This document shows positions 1-9,867 of a stretch of DNA of 19,408 nt, in pieces. The notes under the pieces are model-generated. The model saw nothing but the letters and a program-made list of their open reading frames with translations, was not told where the DNA came from and ran no database searches. How positions within the stretch are numbered: the first letter of the stretch is position 1; each line of letters starts with the position of its first letter. Location: the NCBI RefSeq assembly GCF_003334385.1, contig NZ_QOWN01000061.1; one strand, given 5' to 3'. The position numbers and the translations under genes are program-made. The DNA is from Escherichia coli (GTDB lineage: Bacteria > Pseudomonadota > Gammaproteobacteria > Enterobacterales > Enterobacteriaceae).

Positions 1-77
1 AACGCGAGGCATCGTCTTAACGAGGCACCGAGGCGTCGCATTCTTCAGATGGTTCAACCCTTAAGTTAGCGCTTATG
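1..77. mobile_element. Partial terminal segment of an IS186-like insertion sequence, cut by the window edge. The reverse complement of 55-77 reads CATAAGCGCTAACTTAAGGGTTG, which I recognise as the IS186 terminal inverted repeat.
   Basis: Terminal repeat recognised from memory, not searched. It is followed by a G-rich/C-rich stretch (GGGAATTATCCCC, 77-89) resembling the known IS186 target preference. K-12 carries an IS186 copy next to nupC. The exact boundary is uncertain by 1-2 nt. Confidence 0.5.
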
Positions 78-108
78 GGAATTATCCCCGGCTTTTTTAT
101 GTATGGTC

Positions 109-1311
109 TTACAGCACCAGTGCTGCGATTGACGCAGACAGCACACTCACCAGGGTAGAGCCGTAAACCAGCTTCAGACCGAAGCGAGAAACCACGTTAC
201 CTTGCTCTTCATTCAGGCCTTTAACTGCACCTGCGATAATCCCGATTGAAGAGAAGTTAGCGAAGGAAACCAGGAACACAGAGATGATGCCTTCAGCACG
301 CGGAGAGAGCGTGGAAGCAATTTTCTGCAGATCCATCATCGCAACGAACTCGTTGGAAACCAGTTTGGTCGCCATGATACTGCCCACTTGCAGTGCTTCA
401 CTGGAAGGAACACCCATCACCCATGCAATCGGATAGAAGATGTAGCCCAGGATGCCCTGGAAGGAGATGCTGTAGCCAAACCAGCCAGTAACGGTGGCAA
501 ACAGTGCGTTCAGCGCGGCGATCAGGGCGATAAAGCCAATCAGCATCGCGGCAACGATAATGGCAACTTTGAAACCTGCCAGAATGTATTCACCCAGCAT
601 TTCGAAGAAGCTCTGACCTTCGTGCAGGTTGGACATCTGGATGTTTTCTTCACTGGCATCAACACGGTAAGGATTGATCAGCGACAGCACGATAAAGGTG
701 CTGAACATGTTCAGTACCAGCGCAGCAACGACGTATTTCGGTTCCAGCATGGTCATGTATGCACCAACGATGGACATCGACACGGTGGACATTGCCGTGG
801 CAGCCATGGTGTACATACGATTACGGGAGATTTTGCCGAGGATATCTTTATAGGCAATAAAGTTTTCAGACTGACCCAGAATCAGGGAGCTGACGGCGTT
901 AAAGGATTCCAGTTTGCCCATGCCGTTGACTTTGGAGAGCAGGAAACCAATTGCGCGGATGATCACCGGCAACACGCGAATGTGCTGGAGAATACCGATC
1001 AGTGCAGAGATAAAGACGATTGGGCACAGCACTTTCAGGAAGAAGAATGCCAGGCCTTGATCATTCATGCTACCAAAGACGAAGTTAGTCCCTTCGTTGG
1101 CAAATCCGAGCAGTTTTTCGAACATTTCGGAGAAGCCTTTCACGAAGCCTAAACCAACGTCGGAGTTCAGGAAGAACCACGCCAGTAACACTTCGATAAC
1201 AAGCAGTTGAATAACATAACGGATACGAATTTTTTTGCGGTCGCTGCTTACCAGCAGTGCGAGAATCGCAACAACGGCAAGTGCCAGTACAAAATGAAGG
1301 ACGCGGTCCAT
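109..1311 (-). CDS. nupC: Nucleoside:H+ symporter NupC (CNT family), 400 aa
   Basis: The 413-aa minus-strand ORF at 109-1350 is trimmed to the internal ATG at 1311 ([13 protein letters not shown]...), which has a GGAG Shine-Dalgarno upstream and gives the 400-aa length I recall for NupC. Polytopic membrane protein; stop TAA at 109-111. Confidence 0.93.
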
Positions 1312-1406
1312 ATTTGCTCCAAATATGAGGCAGGTTAAATTTCCGTGCACATTCTATGTAACATGGTTAAGGAAAACGAGATCTGACACACACTATAATG
1401 ACGTCC

Positions 1407-1422
1407 TGTGACAGGCTTCAAA
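1407..1422. promoter_or_regulatory. Candidate CRP-like site TGTGA-N6-TCAAA in the nupC upstream region
   Basis: TGTGAcaggctTCAAA lies about 100 bp upstream of the nupC start. nupC is known to be CRP/CytR controlled, but this site is a by-eye match to the consensus only. Confidence 0.25.
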
Positions 1423-1577
1423 AATAGTGATCTGTCATACATTTCTGCTATGTTGTGTATGGAAGCTGAAAGTTATGTAAATGTGCTAACATTAAACATA
1501 ACCATAACATTCAAGTCATCAATCTTTTCGTAGTCATAATCCTGGTCTATCAGAGAAATCACCACAATCCATTTAAA

Positions 1578-1596
1578 TGAATTTGATAATCATTCT
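1578..1596. promoter_or_regulatory. Fur box upstream of mntH
   Basis: gaatttGATAATCATTctc matches about 15 of 19 positions of the Fur consensus GATAATGATAATCATTATC, roughly 50-70 bp upstream of the mntH ATG. Iron repression of mntH is established. Confidence 0.55.
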
Positions 1597-1612
1597 CGTT
1601 TGGCATAGCATG

Positions 1613-1634
1613 AAACATAGCAAAGGCTATGTTT
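1613..1634. promoter_or_regulatory. MntR operator, a 9-4-9 palindrome
   Basis: AAACATAGC-AAAG-GCTATGTTT is a perfect inverted repeat ending 12 bp before the mntH ATG. It matches the MntR box I recall for the E. coli mntH promoter. Confidence 0.65.
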
Positions 1635-1637
1635 TAG

Positions 1638-2885
<1,248 letters not shown>

Positions 2886-2889
2886 TTGA

Positions 2890-3024
<135 letters not shown>

Positions 3025-3025
3025 T

Positions 3026-3352
3026 TTAATGGCGGTGCCCATGACCCCGGCCTTTTCCGCGATGATCGTCACGATCGCGCCAGCCTTCACGATAGCCACG
3101 CTCATACGCTTTACGCTTATCCCAGCCACGGTGGTAGCCATTATCATGACGCCACCAACGGTTTTTGCGCCACTCATAATTGCGATGCCAGTAGTCACGG
3201 TCGCGCCAGTGACCACCGTCCCAGTAATTACCGTAATGATCGCGATCGCCAATTTGTAATTTGATTGATGGCAGTAGGGTGATTTCACCTGCGTTTGCTG
3301 CAAGCGGGGTAAATGCCATCAGGGCGGCCGCCAGAAACAGTGACCTGAACAT
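3026..3352 (-). CDS. ypeC: Small secreted protein YpeC (DUF2502), 108 aa, with a signal peptide and a low-complexity R/D/W/H/Y/G-rich mature region
   Basis: Minus-strand ORF with AAGGAGA Shine-Dalgarno about 7 nt upstream of the ATG. N-terminal signal peptide [21 protein letters not shown] followed by a repetitive charged, Trp-rich sequence ending [12 protein letters not shown]. Confidence 0.88.
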
Positions 3353-3466
3353 TGTTATTCTCCTTCACGCTCGAAGCCGTCAGCGGCCTGTTAACGCAAT
3401 ATTACGGGGAGGTAAAGCCCCGTATCATCGCCATAACTCTTAAATCATAAAGGAGAGCATTTTTTG

Positions 3467-4723
3467 CTAAACGTTATCGTGGGGTGGCTGTTGCTTCGGA
3501 CGATTGACCATCATCATCGGCTTACCTGCTAATAACAGCCATGCCGGAAGCATGACGATACAGAGCAGCGGTAGCAATGTGGTATTGGGTACAACGACTG
3601 CCGCCATAAAAAGACTTAACCAGCCATCGCGTGTTACCACCAGCACGATGCCGAGAATAGCGCAAGAAACGGTTATTGCCGCTGGTACGGCGGGAACGTG
3701 CTCATGCAGCATCAACCCTAATGCCACGCCGACAAACACTGCCGGGAAGATTCGCCCACCGCGAAAGCCACTGGCGGCAGCAACGACCAGGGCGGCAAGT
3801 TTAATTACCGCCAGCAAAAAGTAATCGCTGGTGCTGAAAGCCTGATTTGCCACCATTTGCTGCATCTCATCCAGCCCTTTAAACAGCGAAACTGGTCCAC
3901 CAATAACCCCCAGAATACCGAGAATAAATCCGCCAATACCCAGCACGAGCACCGGATTTTTCATTTGATGCATCATCGCGTGCAACCGTGGTAAGCACCA
4001 TACGGCGACCATCCCTGCTGCGATGGCAATCGCCGCGACAATTGCACCGCTGAGAATATCGGTCATTTCCATCTGTCCGTAATGAGCAATGGGCAGTGAA
4101 AAATGAGGATGGAAAAATAATCCGGTAGTAAGTGCACCAGCTGCTGCCGCCATTAACGGCGCAAAGAGACGATCCCATAGCGGAACTTCACTACTGCCAT
4201 TTAAGGTTTGCGAAAATATCAACGCCGCCGCAACAGGAGTGCCAAACAGTGCGCCGATGGTTCCGGCAGAGGCTAAAATAGTCCACTCCATTCGGTTGAC
4301 GCGCGGTAACAGACGAGCGCCAATGGCAACCGCAAGGGCGATATTGACGGTCATGATCGGATGTTCCGGCCCCAGGCTGACGCCGCCAGCAAGACCGAGA
4401 ATTAATGCTACGATAAGTCCAGGTAGCGCAGAGGGCGGAACCGGTGCGCCGATCAGCGGTTCACAGGCGGGGTCTGGTCCGGCATGACCCTGGCTGAAAC
4501 GGATAACCAACCCCACCGCAATACCCGTTAGCGTTAATACACCGATGATCCAGAGGGGTGAATCCTGGGCTATCCCCAGAGTTCCCGGCAGTCGTTGCCA
4601 GAGCAAATTCTGTAATACCGAGGCGATTTTCATCACCACAATCAGAATAAGACTGGACGCAATCCCAATTGCCACGGCGGGGAGCGATAATAACAACATG
4701 GTTCTGGCTCGCGGATGGAGCAT
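3467..4723 (-). CDS. yfeO: Putative ion-transport membrane protein YfeO (ClC chloride-channel-like family), 418 aa
   Basis: 418-aa polytopic membrane ORF, Gly/Ala-rich helices. Identity and length match recalled YfeO; the family assignment is from memory. Confidence 0.85.
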
Positions 4724-4926
4724 GTTCTATTCCTTATGCGGGGTCAGATACTTAGTTTGCCCAGCTTGCAAAAAGGCATCGCTGCAATTGGTGCTGAAAC
4801 GATAAAGTAATTGTGTGACCCAGATCGATATTTACAGGGAGCCTGCCTTTCCGGCGTTGTTGTTATGCCCCCAGGTATTTACAGTGTGAGAAAGAATTAT
4901 TTTGACTTTAGCGGAGCAGTTGAAGA

Positions 4927-5892
4927 ATGACAAAGTATGCATTAGTCGGTGATGTGGGCGGCACCAACGCACGTCTTGCTCTGTGTGATATTGCCAGTGG
5001 TGAAATCTCGCAGGCTAAGACCTATTCAGGGCTTGATTACCCCAGCCTCGAAGCGGTCATTCGCGTTTATCTTGAAGAACATAAGGTCGAGGTGAAAGAC
5101 GGCTGTATTGCCATCGCTTGCCCAATTACCGGTGACTGGGTGGCGATGACCAACCATACCTGGGCGTTCTCAATTGCCGAAATGAAAAAGAATCTCGGTT
5201 TTAGCCATCTGGAAATTATTAACGATTTTACCGCTGTATCGATGGCGATCCCGATGCTGAAAAAAGAGCATCTGATTCAGTTTGGTGGCGCAGAACCGGT
5301 CGAAGGTAAGCCTATTGCGGTTTACGGTGCCGGAACGGGGCTTGGGGTTGCGCATCTGGTCCATGTCGATAAGCGTTGGGTAAGCTTGCCAGGCGAAGGC
5401 GGTCACGTTGATTTTGCGCCGAATAGTGAAGAAGAGGCCATTATCCTCGAAATATTGCGTGCGGAAATTGGTCATGTTTCGGCGGAGCGCGTGCTTTCTG
5501 GCCCTGGGCTGGTGAATTTGTATCGCGCAATTGTGAAAGCTGACAACCGCCTGCCAGAAAATCTCAAGCCAAAAGATATTACCGAACGCGCGCTGGCTGA
5601 CAGCTGCACCGATTGCCGCCGCGCATTGTCGCTGTTTTGCGTCATTATGGGCCGTTTTGGCGGCAATCTGGCGCTCAATCTCGGGACATTTGGCGGCGTG
5701 TTTATTGCGGGCGGTATCGTGCCGCGCTTCCTTGAGTTCTTCAAAGCCTCCGGTTTCCGTGCCGCATTTGAAGATAAAGGGCGCTTTAAAGAATATGTCC
5801 ATGATATTCCGGTGTATCTCATCGTCCATGACAATCCGGGCCTTCTCGGTTCCGGTGCACATTTACGCCAGACCTTAGGTCACATTCTGTAA
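4927..5892 (+). CDS. glk: Glucokinase, 321 aa
   Basis: [20 protein letters not shown]-terminal ATP-binding motif of the ROK-like glucokinase family; full length 321 aa. Stop TAA at 5890-5892. Confidence 0.96.
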   Translation: MTKYALVGDVGGTNARLALCDIASGEISQAKTYSGLDYPSLEAVIRVYLEEHKVEVKDGCIAIACPITGDWVAMTNHTWAFSIAEMKKNLGFSHLEIINDFTAVSMAIPMLKKEHLIQFGGAEPVEGKPIAVYGAGTGLGVAHLVHVDKRWVSLPGEGGHVDFAPNSEEEAIILEILRAEIGHVSAERVLSGPGLVNLYRAIVKADNRLPENLKPKDITERALADSCTDCRRALSLFCVIMGRFGGNLALNLGTFGGVFIAGGIVPRFLEFFKASGFRAAFEDKGRFKEYVHDIPVYLIVHDNPGLLGSGAHLRQTLGHIL

Positions 5893-5905
5893 ATCCTTCC
5901 TTTTA

Positions 5906-5937
5906 TATCGGGAGGTAACTCTCCCGATAATCTTTTA
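5906..5937 (+). terminator. Probable intrinsic terminator of glk
   Basis: Inverted repeat TATCGGGAG-gtaa-CTCCCGATA (5906-5928) followed by a short T-rich tract (aTCTTTT), 14 nt after the glk stop. Confidence 0.5.
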
Positions 5938-6110
5938 AATCATACAGTTTATTCAATTTTTCTTTGTGTCCCCTCACAAGGTCGACCTGCGTCACACTTC
6001 CGTACAGCGGGATTAATTCTCCAGTAAATGCATTATTTGTCTGGTAACGGCGATTTGTTTTGCACGTTCATAATTTCACTCGTCAACTATCACTGAACGA
6101 GGAATTAACG

Positions 6111-6437
6111 ATGAGTAAGAAACTGATTGCCTTATGTGCCTGCCCGATGGGCCTGGCTCACACCTTTATGGCCGCTCAGGCGCTGGAAGAAGCGGCGGTA
6201 GAAGCCGGTTATGAAGTGAAAATTGAAACCCAGGGCGCGGACGGTATCCAGAATCGCCTGACGGCGCAGGATATCGCCGAAGCGACCATCATCATCCACT
6301 CCGTGGCAGTTACCCCGGAAGATAACGAACGTTTCGAATCACGCGACGTTTATGAAATCACTTTGCAGGACGCAATTAAAAACGCTGCGGGCATCATCAA
6401 AGAAATCGAAGAGATGATTGCCTCTGAACAACAGTAA
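6111..6437 (+). CDS. fryB: PTS fructose-like EIIB component FryB, 108 aa
   Basis: The ORF-track start at 6060 is trimmed to the ATG at 6111, which is preceded by GAGGA. The active-site Cys context LCACPMGLAHTF is typical of fructose-type EIIB. First gene of a tightly packed five-gene operon. Confidence 0.9.
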   Translation: MSKKLIALCACPMGLAHTFMAAQALEEAAVEAGYEVKIETQGADGIQNRLTAQDIAEATIIIHSVAVTPEDNERFESRDVYEITLQDAIKNAAGIIKEIEEMIASEQQ

Positions 6438-6458
6438 TATTCGACAGGGATAATTGTT

Positions 6459-7706
6459 ATGGCCATTAAAAAACGCAGTGCAACCGTTGTGCCTGGCGCA
6501 TCCGGTGCGGCAGCGGCAGTTAAGAATCCGCAGGCCTCTAAAACCAGCTTCTGGGGTGAACTCCCGCAGCATGTGATGTCAGGGATTTCACGCATGGTGC
6601 CGACCTTAATTATGGGCGGTGTGATCCTCGCTTTCAGCCAGCTGATTGCTTATAGCTGGCTTAAAATTCCTGCTGAGATCGGCATCATGGATGCTCTTAA
6701 TAGCGGGAAATTCTCCGGTTTCGACCTCTCCTTACTTAAATTTGCCTGGCTGTCGCAGTCCTTCGGCGGCGTGTTGTTTGGTTTTGCCATTCCGATGTTT
6801 GCTGCTTTTGTGGCGAACTCTATCGGTGGCAAACTGGCGTTCCCGGCTGGTTTTATCGGCGGGTTGATGTCTACCCAGCCGACGCAACTGCTGAACTTCG
6901 ATCCCAGCACTATGCAATGGGCGACCTCTTCGCCGGTGCCGTCCACCTTCATTGGTGCGCTGATTATTTCTATCGTTGCCGGTTACCTTGTGAAGTGGAT
7001 GAACCAGAAAATCCAGTTACCGGATTTCCTGTTAGCGTTCAAAACCACATTTTTGCTCCCGATTCTTTCCGCCATTTTTGTCATGCTGGCGATGTACTAC
7101 GTCATCACCCCCTTTGGTGGCTGGATCAACGGCGGTATCCGTACTGTGCTGACTGCCGCAGGTGAGAAGGGCGCGCTGATGTACGCAATGGGGATCGCCG
7201 CGGCGACAGCAATCGACCTTGGTGGCCCGATCAACAAAGCCGCAGGTTTTGTTGCCTTCAGCTTTACCACTGACCACGTATTACCGGTCACCGCTCGTTC
7301 TATCGCTATCGTTATTCCGCCGATTGGTCTGGGGCTGGCGACCATTATCGACCGTCGTTTAACCGGCAAACGCCTGTTCAACGCTCAACTTTATCCGCAG
7401 GGTAAGACCGCCATGTTCCTGGCGTTTATGGGGATCAGTGAGGGTGCGATTCCGTTTGCGCTGGAAAGCCCCATCACCGCCATTCCGTCGTATATGGTCG
7501 GCGCTATTGTCGGCTCAACCGCCGCTGTCTGGCTGGGCGCAGTGCAATGGTTCCCGGAGTCCGCTATCTGGGCATGGCCGCTGGTCACTAACCTGGGCGT
7601 CTATATGGCGGGGATCGCGCTGGGGGCAGTCATAACTGCGCTGATGGTGGTGTTCCTGCGTCTGATGATGTTCCGTAAAGGCAAATTGTTAATCGATAGC
7701 CTGTAA
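6459..7706 (+). CDS. fryC: PTS fructose-like EIIC permease FryC, 415 aa
   Basis: Polytopic membrane ORF 22 nt downstream of fryB with an AGGGA ribosome-binding site. Length matches FryC. Confidence 0.92.
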   Translation: MAIKKRSATVVPGASGAAAAVKNPQASKTSFWGELPQHVMSGISRMVPTLIMGGVILAFSQLIAYSWLKIPAEIGIMDALNSGKFSGFDLSLLKFAWLSQSFGGVLFGFAIPMFAAFVANSIGGKLAFPAGFIGGLMSTQPTQLLNFDPSTMQWATSSPVPSTFIGALIISIVAGYLVKWMNQKIQLPDFLLAFKTTFLLPILSAIFVMLAMYYVITPFGGWINGGIRTVLTAAGEKGALMYAMGIAAATAIDLGGPINKAAGFVAFSFTTDHVLPVTARSIAIVIPPIGLGLATIIDRRLTGKRLFNAQLYPQGKTAMFLAFMGISEGAIPFALESPITAIPSYMVGAIVGSTAAVWLGAVQWFPESAIWAWPLVTNLGVYMAGIALGAVITALMVVFLRLMMFRKGKLLIDSL

Positions 7707-7720
7707 GAAGGAAAATCCAG

Positions 7721-8806
7721 ATGACATTACTCGCTTCGCTGCGCGACTGGCTTAAGGCGCAACAACTGGATGTAGTGCTTCTCTCCTCACGGCAGAACAA
7801 ACAGCCGCATCTGGGGATCTCCACCGGATCAGGTTATGTGGTGATTAGCCGTGAAAGTGCGCACATTCTGGTGGATTCGCGCTATTACGTTGAGGTGGAA
7901 GCCCGTGCGCAAGGCTACCAGCTGCATTTGCTTGACGCGACGAACACGCTTACCACTATCGTCAATCAAATCATTGCCGATGAACAGTTGCAAACGCTCG
8001 GTTTTGAGGGCCAGCAGGTGAGTTGGGAAACCGCGCACCGCTGGCAGTCTGAACTCAATGCGAAACTGGTTAGCGCCACGCCGGATGTGCTGCGGCAAAT
8101 CAAAACGCCAGAGGAGGTGGAGAAAATCCGCCTCGCCTGTGGGATTGCTGATCGCGGTGCAGAGCATATTCGCCGCTTTATTCAGGCGGGGATGAGCGAG
8201 CGCGAGATAGCCGCTGAACTGGAGTGGTTTATGCGCCAGCAGGGCGCAGAAAAAGCCTCTTTTGACACCATTGTCGCCAGTGGCTGGCGTGGGGCGCTGC
8301 CGCACGGCAAAGCCAGCGACAAGATTGTTGCAGCGGGCGAGTTTGTCACTCTCGATTTCGGTGCGCTGTATCAGGGCTACTGCTCTGATATGACGCGCAC
8401 CTTGCTGGTGAATGGCGAAGGGGTGAGCGCCGAATCTCACCCGCTGTTTAACGTCTATCAAATTGTCCTGCAGGCACAGCTCGCAGCAATCTCCGCGATT
8501 CGCCCCGGCGTGCGCTGCCAGCAGGTTGACGATGCCGCGCGCCGGGTCATTACAGAAGCAGGTTATGGCGACTATTTCGGTCATAACACCGGTCACGCTA
8601 TCGGCATTGAAGTTCATGAAGATCCGCGTTTTTCACCGCGGGACACCACGACGCTACAGCCAGGCATGTTACTGACCGTGGAGCCGGGGATTTATTTGCC
8701 AGGGCAAGGGGGCGTGCGCATCGAAGATGTTGTGCTGGTTACCCCGCAAGGCGCAGAAGTGCTCTACGCCATGCCGAAAACAGTGTTGCTCACGGGAGAG
8801 GCATAA
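7721..8806 (+). CDS. ypdF: Xaa-Pro aminopeptidase YpdF (peptidase family M24), 361 aa
   Basis: M24 metal-ligand motif [13 protein letters not shown] and the pita-bread fold consensus. AGGAAAA ribosome-binding site before the ATG. Confidence 0.93.
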   Translation: MTLLASLRDWLKAQQLDVVLLSSRQNKQPHLGISTGSGYVVISRESAHILVDSRYYVEVEARAQGYQLHLLDATNTLTTIVNQIIADEQLQTLGFEGQQVSWETAHRWQSELNAKLVSATPDVLRQIKTPEEVEKIRLACGIADRGAEHIRRFIQAGMSEREIAAELEWFMRQQGAEKASFDTIVASGWRGALPHGKASDKIVAAGEFVTLDFGALYQGYCSDMTRTLLVNGEGVSAESHPLFNVYQIVLQAQLAAISAIRPGVRCQQVDDAARRVITEAGYGDYFGHNTGHAIGIEVHEDPRFSPRDTTTLQPGMLLTVEPGIYLPGQGGVRIEDVVLVTPQGAEVLYAMPKTVLLTGEA

Positions 8807-9843
8807 TGGATTTATCGCTATTAAAAGCGTTGAGCGAGGCAGATGCGATCGCCTCCTCGGAACAGGAAGTGCGGCAGATCCTGCTGGAAGAAGCGGATCG
8901 CCTGCAAAAAGAAGTGCGATTTGATGGTCTGGGATCGGTGCTGATCCGCCTGAATGAATCGACAGGTCCGAAGGTGATGATCTGTGCGCATATGGACGAA
9001 GTGGGATTTATGGTGCGCAGCATCTCCCGCGAAGGGGCGATTGATGTGCTGCCGGTTGGCAACGTACGCATGGCTGCCCGCCAGCTGCAGCCGGTGCGCA
9101 TCACCACCCGTGAAGAGTGCAAAATTCCAGGCCTGCTTGACGGCGACCGGCAGGGGAATGACGTCAGCGCCATGCGCGTGGACATTGGTGCGCGCTCCTA
9201 TGACGAAGTGATGCAGGCGGGAATTCGTCCCGGCGATCGCGTCACGTTTGATACCACTTTTCAGGTTCTCCCTCACCAGCGAGTGATGGGGAAAGCCTTT
9301 GATGACCGCCTCGGTTGCTATCTGCTGGTGACGTTACTGCGCGAACTGCACGACGCCGAACTACCTGCGGAAGTGTGGCTGGTGGCAAGTTCCAGCGAAG
9401 AGGTGGGATTACGCGGCGGGCAAACTGCCACCCGCGCGGTGTCGCCGGACGTCGCCATTGTGCTTGATACCGCCTGCTGGGCGAAAAACTTTGATTATGG
9501 CGCGGCTAACCATCGCCAGATTGGTAACGGGCCGATGCTGGTGTTAAGCGACAAGTCGCTGATTGCGCCGCCAAAACTTACCGCCTGGGTCGAAACCGTG
9601 GCGGCAGAAATTGGCGTGCCGTTGCAGGCAGATATGTTCAGCAACGGCGGCACGGACGGCGGGGCGGTGCACTTAACCGGCACCGGCGTGCCCACAGTGG
9701 TGATGGGGCCAGCAACCCGCCATGGACATTGCGCCGCATCGATTGCCGATTGCCGCGACATTTTGCAGATGCAGCAACTTTTATCTGCCCTTATTCAACG
9801 TCTTACGCGTGAGACGGTTGTTCAACTGACGGATTTCAGATGA
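8806..9843 (+). CDS. ypdE: Aminopeptidase YpdE (peptidase family M42, FrvX/SgcX-like), 345 aa
   Basis: M42 signature HMDEVGFMV. The start ATG overlaps the ypdF stop (TAATG), indicating translational coupling. Confidence 0.93.
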   Translation: MDLSLLKALSEADAIASSEQEVRQILLEEADRLQKEVRFDGLGSVLIRLNESTGPKVMICAHMDEVGFMVRSISREGAIDVLPVGNVRMAARQLQPVRITTREECKIPGLLDGDRQGNDVSAMRVDIGARSYDEVMQAGIRPGDRVTFDTTFQVLPHQRVMGKAFDDRLGCYLLVTLLRELHDAELPAEVWLVASSSEEVGLRGGQTATRAVSPDVAIVLDTACWAKNFDYGAANHRQIGNGPMLVLSDKSLIAPPKLTAWVETVAAEIGVPLQADMFSNGGTDGGAVHLTGTGVPTVVMGPATRHGHCAASIADCRDILQMQQLLSALIQRLTRETVVQLTDFR

Positions 9844-9867
9844 TCTCCTGATTAACCCGGAGCGGTT

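Noticed and set aside
1-108. tRNA-like appearance of the first 60 nt (GGTTCAACCC)
   Set aside because: No cloverleaf can be drawn, with no acceptor stem pairing or anticodon arm. The sequence is better explained as the IS186 terminal repeat.
388-1152. 254-aa plus-strand ORF inside nupC
   Set aside because: It lies entirely antisense to a confidently identified transporter gene. The product is low-complexity, rich in Gly/Asp/His/Gln, and has no ribosome-binding site. Typical mirror-frame artefact.
1311-1350. Longer N-terminal extensions suggested by the ORF track for nupC (1350), fryB (6060), ypdB (13988, TTG) and lpxP (18774)
   Set aside because: In each case an internal start with a properly spaced Shine-Dalgarno gives the length I recall for the known protein; the extensions lack ribosome-binding sites.
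1394-1399. Perfect TATAAT hexamer on the plus strand in the nupC-mntH intergenic region
   Set aside because: It is about 250 bp upstream of mntH with no matching -35 at 17 bp spacing. It is more likely part of the nupC regulatory region on the other strand, or coincidental in AT-rich DNA.
5170-5862. 230-aa and 120-aa minus-strand ORFs inside glk
   Set aside because: Antisense to glk, with no Shine-Dalgarno and a compositionally odd product. Shadow ORFs.
5961-6000. TGTGTCCCCTCACA and GTCGAC palindromic motifs upstream of fryB as a CRP or operator site
   Set aside because: The half-site spacing is 4 nt, not the 6 required for CRP, and I cannot match it to any regulator consensus by eye. Left unassigned.
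7829-8617. 262-aa minus-strand ORF inside ypdF
   Set aside because: Antisense shadow ORF of a conserved M24 peptidase gene; no independent support.
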